A DNA stretch of 34,968 nt. Origin: Azolla caroliniana (taxonomy: Eukaryota; Plantae; Polypodiophyta). The number at the start of each line of letters is the position of its first letter. The stretch's first letter is position 1. Under the pieces are notes generated by a model, which did no database searches, was not told the origin of the DNA, and saw only the letters and a list, made by a program, of their open reading frames with translations. Shown here one piece after another: positions 24,371 through 34,968 of the stretch. The stretch is from NCBI GenBank assembly GCA_043228905.1, contig JBHGNT010000323.1, positions 1-34,968 on the forward strand. Reading direction: 5' to 3'. The translations under genes and the position numbers were made by a program.

Positions 24371-26650
24371 GCGTGTTTGAACACAAAAATCCGATATCAC
24401 ACGAGGCAGGCATGAACATTATAATTGACTCACGGGCTCTTCTCAAGTACCTCCTCAAATTTGCTAATTTCTTCATGTCTCTCGGCCTGAGTTTCAAAAT
24501 CTCGATTTTTTAATTTTATATCATAGCTAGCGTTGTGAGCTTCGATACGCATGTTTGAACACAAAAATCCGATAACACACGAGCCAGCTATGAACATTAT
24601 AATTGACGCACGGGCTCTTCTCAAGTACCTCCTCAAATTTGCTAATTTCTTCATGTCTCTCGACCTGCATTTCAAAATCTCGATTTTTTAATTGTATATT
24701 ATAGCTAGCGTTGTTAGCTTCCATACGTAGGTTTGAACACAAATATCCGATATCACACGAGCCAGGTATGAACATTTTAATTTAGTCAGGAGCTCTTCTA
24801 AAGTGCCTCCTCAAATTTGCTAATTTCTTCATGTCTCTCGACCTGAGTTTCAAAATCTCGATTTTTTTATTCCATATCATAGCTAGCGTTGTTAGATTCG
24901 ATACGCATGTTTGAACACAAAAATCCGATATCACACGAGCCAGGTATGAACATTTTAATTGACTCACGCGCTCTTCTAAAGTCCCTCCTCAAATTTGCTA
25001 ATTTCGTCATGTCTCTCGACCTGAGTTTCAAAATCTGGATTTTTTAATTCTATATCATAGCTAGCGTTGTTAGCTTCGATACGCATGTTTGAACACAAAA
25101 ATCCGATATCACACGACCCAGGTATGAACATTTTAATTTAGTCACGGGCTCTTCTAAAGTCCCTCCTCAAATTTGCTAATTTCTTCATGTCTCTCGGCCT
25201 GAGTTTCAAAATCTCGATTTTTTAATTCGATATCATAGCTAGCGTTGTTAGCTTCGATACGCATGTTTGAACACAAAAATCCGATATCACACGAGCCAGG
25301 TATGAACATTTTAATTTAGTCACGGGCTCTTCTAAAGTCGCTCCTCAAATTTGCTAATTTTTTCATGTCTCTCGGCCTGAGTTTCAAAATCTCGATTTTT
25401 TAATTCGATATCATAGCTAGCGTTGTTAGCTTCGATACGCATGTTTGAACACAAAAATCCGATATCACACGACCCAGGTATGAACATTTTAATTTAGTCA
25501 CGAGCTCTTCTAAAGTGCCTCCTCAAATTTGCTAATTTGTTCATGTCTCTCGACCTGAGTTTCAAAATCTCGATTTTTTAATTCCATATCATAGCTAGCG
25601 TTGTTAGATTCGATACGCATGTTTGAACACAAAAATCCGATATCACACGAGCCAGGTATGAACATTTTAATTGACTCACGCGCTCTTCTAAAGTCCCTCC
25701 TCAAATTTGCTAATTTCGTCATGTCTCTCGACCTGAGTTTCAAAATCTGGATTTTTTAATTCTATATCATAGCTAGCGTTGTTAGCTTCGATACGCATGT
25801 TTGAACACAAAAATCCGATATCACACGAGCCAGGTATGAACATTTTAATTTAGTCACGCGCTCTTCTAAAGTCCCTCCTCAAATTTGCTAATTTCTTCAT
25901 GTCTCTCGGCCTGAGTTTCAAAATCTCGATTTTTTAATTCGATATCATAGCTAGCGTTGTTAGCTTCGATACGCATGTTTGAACACAAAAATCCGATATC
26001 ACACGAGCCAGGTATGAACATTTTAATTTAGTCACGGGCTCTTCTAAAGTCGCTCCTCAAATTTGCTAATTTTTTCATGTCTCTCGACCTGAGTTTCAGA
26101 ATCTTGATTTTTTAATTCTAGATCATAGCTAGCGTTGTTAGCTTCGATACGCATGTTTGAACACAAAAATCCGATATCACACGAGTCAGGTATGAACATT
26201 TTAATTGACTCACGGGCTCTTCTAAAGTCGCTCCTCAAATTTGCTAATTTCTTCATGTCTCTCGACCTGCATTTCAAAATCTCGATTTTTTAATTGTATA
26301 TTATAGCTAGCGTTGTTAGCTTCCATACGTAGGTTTGAACACAAATATCCGATATCACACGAGCCAGGTATGAACATTTTAATTTAGTCAGGAGCTCTTC
26401 TAAAGTGCCTCCTCAAATTTGCTAATTTCTTCATGTCTCTCTACCTGAGTTTCAAAATCTCGATTTTTTTATTCCATATCATAGCTAGCGTTGTTAGATT
26501 CGATACGCATGTTTGAACACAAAAATCCGATATCACACGAGCCAGGTATGAACATTTTAATTGACTCACGCGCTCTTCTAAAGTCCCTCCTCAAATTTGC
26601 TAATTTCGTCATGTCTCTCGACCTGAGTTTCAAAATCTGGATTTTTTAAT

Positions 26651-26660
26651 TCTATAACGC
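26651..26660. other. Junction of a 26-bp deletion (152-bp monomer)
   Basis: The sequence reads tctata|acgcatg where other monomers read tctata-tcatagctagcgttgttagcttcgat-acgcatg. All downstream coordinates shift by -26. Confidence 0.95.
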
Positions 26661-27014
26661 ATGTTTGAACACAAAAATCCGATATCACACGACCCAGGTA
26701 TGAACATTTTAATTTAGTCACGGGCTCTTCTAAAGTCCCTCCTCAAATTTGCTAATTTCTTCATGTCTCTCGGCCTGAGTTTCAAAATCTCGATTTTTTA
26801 ATTCGATATCATAGCTAGCGTTGTTAGCTTCGATACGCATGTTTGAACACAAAAATCCGATATCACACGAGCCAGGTATGAACATTTTAATTTAGTCACG
26901 CGCTCTTCTAAAGTCCCTCCTCAAATTTGCTAATTTCTTCATGTCTCTCGGCCTGAGTTTCAAAATCTCGATTTTTTAATTCTAGATCATAGCTAGCGTT
27001 GTTAGCTTCCATAC

Positions 27015-30000
27015 TCATGTTTGAACACAAAAATCCGATATCACACGAGCCAGGTATGAACATTTTAATTGACTCACGCGCTCTTCTCAAGTCCCTACCC
27101 AATTTTGCTAATTTCTTCATGTCTCTCGACCTGAGTTTCAGAATCTCGATTTTTTAATTCCATATCATAGCTAGCGTTGTTAGATTCGATACGCATGTTT
27201 GAACACAAAAATCCGATATCACACGAGCCAGGTATGAACATTTTAATTGACTCACGCGCTCTTCTAAAGTGCCTCCTCAAATTTGCTAATTTCGTCATGT
27301 CTCTCGACCTGAGTTTCAAAATCTGGATTTTTTAATTCTATATCATAGCTAGCGTTGTTAGCTTCGATACGCATGTTTGAACACAAAAATCCGATATCAC
27401 ACGAGCCAGGTATGAACATTTTAATTTAGTCACGCGCTCTTCTAAAGTCCCTCCTCAAATTTGCTAATTTCTTCATGTCTCTCGGCCTGAGTTTCAAAAT
27501 CTCGATTTTTTAATTCGATATCATAGCTAGCGTTGTTAGCTTCGATACGCATGTTTGAACACAAAAATCCGATATCACACGAGCCAGGTATGAACATTTT
27601 AATTTAGTCACGGGCTCTTCTAAAGTCGCTCCTCAAATTTGCTAATTTCTTCATGTCTCTCGGCCTGAGTTTCAAAATCTCGATTTTTTAATTCGATATC
27701 ATAGCTAGCGTTGTTAGCTTCGATACGCATGTTTGAACACAAAAATCCGATATCACACGAGCCAGGTATGAACATTTTAATTTAGTCACGGGCTCTTCTA
27801 AAGTCGCTCCTCAAATTTGCTAATTTTTTCATGTCTCTCGACCTGAGTTTCAGAATCTTGATTTTTTAATTCTAGATCATAGCTAGCGTTGTTAGCTTCG
27901 ATACGCATGTTTGAACACAAAAATCCGATATCACACGAGTCAGGTATGAACATTTTAATTGACTCACGGGCTCTTCTAAAGTCGCTCCTCAAATTTGCTA
28001 ATTTCTTCATGTCTCTCGACCTGCATTTCAAAATCTCGATTTTTTAATTGTATATTATAGCTAGCGTTGTTAGCTTCCATACGTAGGTTTGAACACAAAT
28101 ATCCGATATCACACGAGCCAGGTATGAACATTTTAATTTAGTCAGGAGCTCTTCTAAAGTGCCTCCTCAAATTTGCTAATTTCTTCATGTCTCTCGACCT
28201 GAGTTTCAAAATCTCGATTTTTTTATTCCATATCATAGCTAGCGTTGTTAGATTCGATACGCATGTTTGAACACAAAAATCCGATATCACACGAGCCAGG
28301 TATGAACATTTTAATTGACTCACGCGCTCTTCTAAAGTCCCTCCTCAAATTTGCTAATTTCGTCATGTCTCTCGACCTGAGTTTCAAAATCTGGATTTTT
28401 TAATTCTATATCATAGCTAGCGTTGTCAGCTTCGATACGCATGTTTGAACACAAAAATCCGATATCACACGACCCAGGTATGAACATTTTAATTTAGTCA
28501 CGGGCTCTTCTAAAGTCCCTCCTCAAATTTGCTAATTTCTTCATGTCTCTCGGCCTGAGTTTCAAAATCTCGATTTTTTAATTCGATATCATAGCTAGCG
28601 TTGTTAGCTTCGATACGCATGTTTGAACACAAAAATCCGATATCACACGAGCCAGGTATGAACATTTTAATTTAGTCACGGGCTCTTCTAAAGTCGCTCC
28701 TCAAATTTGCTAATTTTTTCATGTCTCTCGGCCTGAGTTTCAAAATCTCGATTTTTTAATTCGATATCATAGCTAGCGTTGTTAGCTTCGATACGCATGT
28801 TTGAACACAAAAATCCGATATCACACGACCCAGGTATGAACATTTTAATTTAGTCACGAGCTCTTCTAAAGTGCCTCCTCAAATTTGCTAATTTGTTCAT
28901 GTCTCTCGACCTGAGTTTCAAAATCTCGATTTTTTAATTCCATATCATAGCTAGCGTTGTTAGATTCGATACGCATGTTTGAACACAAAAATCCGATATC
29001 ACACGAGCCAGGTATGAACATTTTAATTGACTCACGCGCTCTTCTAAAGTCCCTCCTCAAATTTGCTAATTTCGTCATGTCTCTCGACCTGAGTTTCAAA
29101 ATCTGGATTTTTTAATTCTATATCATAGCTAGCGTTGTTAGCTTCGATACGCATGTTTGAACACAAAAATCCGATATCACACGAGCCAGGTATGAACATT
29201 TTAATTTAGTCACGCGCTCTTCTAAAGTCCCTCCTCAAATTTGCTAATTTCTTCATGTCTCTCGGCCTGAGTTTCAAAATCTCGATTTTTTAATTCGATA
29301 TCATAGCTAGCGTTGTTAGCTTCGATACGCATGTTTGAACACAAAAATCCGATATCACACGAGCCAGGTATGAACATTTTAATTTAGTCACGGGCTCTTC
29401 TAAAGTCGCTCCTCAAATTTGCTAATTTTTTCATGTCTCTCGACCTGAGTTTCAGAATCTTGATTTTTTAATTCTAGATCATAGCTAGCGTTGTTAGCTT
29501 CGATACGCATGTTTGAACACAAAAATCCGATATCACACGAGTCAGGTATGAACATTTTAATTGACTCACGCGCTCTTCTCAAGTCCCTCCTCAAATTTGC
29601 TAATTTCCTCATGTCTCTCGACCTGAGTTTCAGAATCTTGATTTTTTAATTCGATATCATAGCTAGCGTTGTTAGCTTCGATACGCATGTTTGAACACAA
29701 AAATCCGATATCACACGAGCCAGGTATGAACATTTTAATTTAGTCACGCGCTCTTCTAAAGTCCCTCCTCAAATTTGCTAATTTCTTCATGTCTCTCGGC
29801 CTGAGTTTCAAAATCTCGATTTTTTAATTCTAGATCATAGCTAGCGTTGTTAGCTTCCATACTCATGTTTGAACACAAAAATCCGATATCACACGAGCCA
29901 GGTATGAACATTTTAATTGACTCACGCGCTCTTCTCAAGTCCCTACCCAATTTTGCTAATTTCTTCATGTCTCTCGACCTGAGTTTCAGAATCTCGATTT

Positions 30001-32660
30001 TTTAATTCCATATCATAGCTAGCGTTGTTAGATTCGATACGCATGTTTGAACACAAAAATCCGATATCACACGAGCCAGGTATGAATATTTTAATTGACT
30101 CACGCGCTCTTCTCAAGTCCCTCCTCAAATTTGCTAATTTCGTCATGTCTCTCGACCTGAGTTTCAAAATCTCGATTTTTTAATTCTATATCATAGCTAG
30201 CGTTGTTAGCTTCGATACGCATGTTTGAACACAAAAATCCGATATCACACGAGGCAGGTATGAACATTTTAATTTAGTCACGCGCTCTTCTAAAGTCCCT
30301 CCTCAAATTTGCTAATTTCTTCATGTCTCTCGGCTTGAGTTTCAAAATCTCGATTTTATAATTCGATATCATAGCTAGCGTTGTTAGCTTCCATACTCAT
30401 GTTTGAACACAAAAATCCGATATCACACGAGGCAGGTATGAACATTGTAATTGACTCACGCGCTCTTCTCAAGTCCCTACCCAATTTTGCTAATTTCTTC
30501 ATGTCTCTCGACCTGACTTTCAAAAACTTGATTTTTTAATTCTAGATCATAGCTAGCGTTGTTAGCTTCGATACGCATGTTTGAACACAAAAATCCGATA
30601 TCACACGAGTCAGGTATGAACATTTTAATTGACTCACGCGCTCTTCTCAAGTCCCTCCTCAAATTTGCTAATTTCCTCATGTCTCTCGACCTGAGTTTCA
30701 AAATCTCGATTTTTTAATTCTATATCATAGCTAGCGTTGTTAGCTTCGATACGCATGTTTGTACAGAAAAATCCGATATCACACGAGCCAGGTATGAACA
30801 TTTTAATTTAGTCACGGGCTCTTCTAAAGTCCCTCCTCAAATTTGCTAATTTCTTCATGTCTCTCGGCCTGAGTTTCAAAATCTCGATTTTTTAATTCGA
30901 TATCATAGCTAGCGTTGTTAGCTTCGATACGCATGTTTGAACACAAAAATCCGATATCACACGACCCAGGTATGAACATTTTAATTTAGTCACGAGCTCT
31001 TCTAAAGTGCCTCCTCAAATTTGCTAATTTCTTCATGTCTCTCGGCCTGACTTTCAAAAACTTGATTTTTTAATTCTAGATCATAGCTAGCGTTCTAAGC
31101 TTCGATACGCATGTTTGAACACAAAAATCCGATATCACACGAGTCAGGTATGAACATTTTAATTGACTCACGCGCTCTTCTCAAGTCCCTCCTCAAATTT
31201 GCTAATTTCCTCATGTCTCTCGACCTGAGTTTCAGAATCTTGATTTTTTAATTCTATATCATAGCTAGCGTTGTTAGCTTCGATACGCATGTTTGAACAC
31301 AAAAATCCGATATCACACGAGCCAGGTATGAACATTTTAATTTAGTCACGGGCTCTTCTAAAGTCGCTCCTCAAATTTGCTAATTTCCTCATGTCTCTCG
31401 ACCTGAGTTTCAGAATCTTGATTTTTTAATTCTATATCATAGCTAGCGTTGTTAGCTTCGATACGCATGTTTGAACACAAAAATCCGATATCACACGAGC
31501 CAGGTATGAACATTTTAATTTAGTCACGGGCTCTTCTAAAGTCGCTCCTCAAATTTGCTAATTTCTTCATGTCTCTCGACCTGAGTTTAAAAATCTCGAT
31601 TTTTTAATTCCATATCATAGCTAGCGTTGTTAGCTTCGATACGCATGTTTGAACACAAAAATCCGATATCACACGAGTCAGGTATGAACATTTTCATTGA
31701 CTCACGCGCTCTTCTCAAGTCCCTCCTCAAATTTGCTAATTTCTTCATGTCTCTCGACCTGAGTTTCAGAATCTCGATTTTTTAATTCTATATCATAGCT
31801 AGCGTTCTTAGCTTCGATCCGCATGTTTGAACACAAAAATCCGATATCACACGAGCCAGGTATGAACATTTTAATTTGCTCACGCGCTCTTCTCAAGTCC
31901 CTCCTCAAATTTGCTAATGTCTTCATGTCTCTCGGCCTGACTTTCAAAAACTTGATTTTTTAATTCTAGATCATAGCTAGCGTTGTTAGCTTCGATACGC
32001 ATGGTTGAACACAAAAATCCGATATCACACGAGTCAGGTATGAACATTTTAATTGACTCACGCGCTCTTCTCAAGTCCCTACCCAATTTTGCTAATTTCT
32101 TCATGTCTCTCGACCTGAGTTTCAGAATCTCGATTTTTTAATTCTATATCATAGCTAGCGTTCTTAGCTTCGATCCGCATGTTTGAACACAAAAATCCGA
32201 TATCACACGAGCCAGGTATGAACATTTTAATTTGCTCACGCGCTCTTCTCAAGTCCCTCCTCAAATTTGCTAATGTCTTCATGTCTCTCGGCCTGACTTT
32301 CAAAAACTTGATTTTTTAATTCGATATCATAGCTAGCGTTGTTAGCTTCGATACGCATGTTTGAACACAAAAATCCGATATCACACGACCCAGGTATGAA
32401 CATTTTAATTTAGTCACGAGCTCTTCTAAAGTGCCTCCTCAAATTTGCTAATTTGTTCATGTCTCTCGACCTGAGTTTCAAAATCTCGATTTTTTAATTC
32501 CATATCATAGCTAGCGTTGTTAGATTCGATACGCATGTTTGAACACAAAAATCCGATATCACACGAGCCAGGTATGAACATTTTAATTGACTCACGCGCT
32601 CTTCTAAAGTCCCTCCTCAAATTTGCTAATTTCGTCATGTCTCTCGACCTGAGTTTCAAA
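27015..32660. repeat. Second copy of the large duplicated block (matches about 16540-22720)
   Basis: Same order of rare variants (gttgtCagc, ggcTtgag, cattGtaatt, gTacaGaa, gttCtAagc, gatCcgc). The offset steps through 59, 58, 57 and 56 monomers, each minus 26 bp. Confidence 0.9.
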
Positions 32661-32799
32661 ATCTCGATTTTTTAATTCTATATCATAGCTAGCGTTGTTA
32701 GCTTCGATACGCATGTTTGAACACAAAAATCCGATATCACACGAGGCAGGTATGAACATTTTAATTTAGTCACGCGCTCTTCTAAAGTCCCTCCTCAAA

Positions 32800-34880
32800 T
32801 TTGCTAATTTCTTCATGTCTCTCGGCTTGAGTTTCAAAATCTCGATTTTATAATTCGATATCATAGCTAGCGTTGTTAGCTTCCATACTCATGTTTGAAC
32901 ACAAAAATCCGATATCACACGAGGCAGGTATGAACATTGTAATTGACTCACGCGCTCTTCTCAAGTCCCTACCCAATTTTGCTAATTTCTTCATGTCTCT
33001 CGACCTGACTTTCAAAAACTTGATTTTTTAATTCTAGATCATAGCTAGCGTTGTTAGCTTCGATACGCATGTTTGAACACAAAAATCCGATATCACACGA
33101 GTCAGGTATGAACATTTTAATTGACTCACGCGCTCTTCTCAAGTCCCTCCTCAAATTTGCTAATTTCCTCATGTCTCTCGACCTGAGTTTCAAAATCTCG
33201 ATTTTTTAATTCTATATCATAGCTAGCGTTGTTAGCTTCGATACGCATGTTTGTACAGAAAAATCCGATATCACACGAGCCAGGTATGAACATTTTAATT
33301 TAGTCACGGGCTCTTCTAAAGTCCCTCCTCAAATTTGCTAATTTCTTCATGTCTCTCGGCCTGAGTTTCAGAATCTCGATTTTTTAATTCGATATCATAG
33401 CTAGCGTTGTTAGCTTCGATACGCATGTTTGAACACAAAAATCCGATATCACACGACCCAGGTATGAACATTTTAATTTAGTCACGAGCTCTTCTAAAGT
33501 GCCTCCTCAAATTTGCTAATTTCTTCATGTCTCTCGGCCTGACTTTCAAAAACTTGATTTTTTAATTCTAGATCATAGCTAGCGTTCTAAGCTTCGATAC
33601 GCATGTTTGAACACAAAAATCCGATATCACACGAGCCAGGTATGAATATTTTAATTGACTCACGCGCTCTTCTAAAGTCCCTCCTCAAATTTGCTAATTT
33701 CGTCATGTCTCTCGACCTGAGTTTCAAAATCTCGATTTTTTAATTCTATATCATAGCTAGCGTTGTTAGCTTCGATACGCATGTTTGAACACAAAAATCC
33801 GATATCACACGAGGCAGGTATGAACATTTTAATTTAGTCACGCGCTCTTCTAAAGTCCCTCCTCAAATTTGCTAATTTCTTCATGTCTCTCGGCTTGAGT
33901 TTCAAAATCTCGATTTTATAATTCGATATCATAGCTAGCGTTGTTAGCTTCCATACGCATGGTTGAACACAAAAATCCGATATCACACGAGGCAGGTATG
34001 AACATTTTAATTTAGTCACGCGCTCTTCTAAAGTCCCTACCCAAATTTGCTAATTTCTTCATGTCTCTCGGCTTGAGTTTCAAAATCTCGATTTTATAAT
34101 TCGATATCATAGCTAGCGTTGTTAGCTTCCATACTCATGTTTGAACACAAAAATCCGATATCACACGAGGCAGGTATGAACATTGTAATTGACTCACGCG
34201 CTCTTCTCAAGTCCCTACCCAATTTTGCTAATTTCTTCATGTCTCTCGACCTGACTTTCAAAAACTTGATTTTTTAATTCTAGATCATAGCTAGCGTTGT
34301 TAGCTTCGATACGCATGTTTGAACACAAAAATCCGATATCACACGAGTCAGGTATGAACATTTTAATTGACTCACGCGCTCTTCTCAAGTCCCTCCTCAA
34401 ATTTGCTAATTTCCTCATGTCTCTCGACCTGAGTTTCAAAATCTCGATTTTTTAATTCTATATCATAGCTAGCGTTGTTAGCTTCGATACGCATGTTTGT
34501 ACAGAAAAATCCGATATCACACGAGCCAGGTATGAACATTTTAATTTAGTCACGGGCTCTTCTAAAGTCCCTCCTCAAATTTGCTAATTTCTTCATGTCT
34601 CTCGGCCTGAGTTTCAAAATCTCGATTTTTTAATTCGATATCATAGCTAGCGTTGTTAGCTTCGATACGCATGTTTGAACACAAAAATCCGATATCACAC
34701 GACCCAGGTATGAACATTTTAATTTAGTCACGAGCTCTTCTAAAGTGCCTCCTCAAATTTGCTAATTTCTTCATGTCTCTCGGCCTGACTTTCAAAAACT
34801 TGATTTTTTAATTCTAGATCATAGCTAGCGTTCTAAGCTTCGATACGCATGTTTGAACACAAAAATCCGATATCACACGA
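32800..34880. repeat. 7-monomer-offset (1,246-bp) duplication near the window end
   Basis: Identical ORFs at 32969 and 34215. gTacaGaa is at 33253 and 34499, and gttCtAagc is in both copies. Confidence 0.85.
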
Positions 34881-34968
34881 GTCAGGTATGAACATTTTAA
34901 TTGACTCACGCGCTCTTCTCAAGTCCCTCCTCAAATTTGCTAATTTCCTCATGTCTCTCGACCTGAGT

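Larger units (their letters stand above)
1..34968. repeat. Tandem satellite DNA array, 178-bp monomer, about 196.6 copies, single orientation (centromeric/pericentromeric-type satellite; family not identified)
   Basis: The motif aatccgat starts at 1, 179 and 358, then every 178 bp, shifted by -26 after 26656, up to 34864. ORF-track coordinates also fall on the 178-bp lattice (400, 578, 756, 21404=400+118x178, 31702=400+176x178-26). There is no unique sequence, and the array runs off both ends of the window. Confidence 0.99.

Noticed and set aside
43-34439. Dozens of similar 61-115 aa minus-strand ORFs (MKLRSRDMKKLANLRR...) and three plus-strand ORFs
   Set aside because: They are translations of the satellite. 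Because 178 is not a multiple of 3, each ORF runs into the next monomer in another frame and overlaps its neighbour. Many start at TTG, common variants create stops (ttAgtc, ctAaag), and I recognise no protein domain.
1-34968. CRISPR-like array or repeat-spacer cassette system
   Set aside because: There are no unique spacers. The whole 178-bp unit is repeated with point variants only, and no cas, integrase or reverse transcriptase genes are present.
1-34968. Rolling-circle amplification or sequencing concatemer artefact
   Set aside because: Variants are shared in ordered, nested blocks and indels are nearly absent. This fits a real evolved array rather than random errors on one template.

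Overview
The whole 34,968-bp window is one uninterrupted head-to-tail tandem satellite array of about 196.6 copies of a 178-bp monomer (about 38% GC, all copies in the same orientation). Consensus: aatccgatatcacacgagccaggtatgaacattttaatt(gac/tag)tcacg(c/g)gctcttct(c/a)aagtccctcctcaaatttgctaatttcttcatgtctctcg(a/g)cctgagtttcaaaatctcgattttttaattc(t/g/c)atatcatagctagcgttgttagcttcgatacgcatgtttgaacacaaa. The nucleosome-plus-linker monomer length and high homogeneity resemble eukaryotic centromeric or pericentromeric satellite DNA, but I cannot identify the family or host and centromere function is only an inference. I found no credible gene, RNA gene, transposon or CRISPR array, and the listed ORFs are by-products of the repeat. 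I also found no new gene-based system. The informative signal is in the array architecture. The 178-bp register is broken only twice (+1 T near 300 and a 26-bp deletion at 26656/26657). Each monomer has a dyad-symmetric core, and the 26-bp deletion removes that core almost exactly. Monomer variants are arranged in irregular nested higher-order repeats with offsets of 4, 7, 17, 22, 51 and 56-59 monomers. Variants in the first 3 kb reappear beyond 20 kb, which suggests layered expansion. All counts and offsets were made by hand and block edges are approximate.
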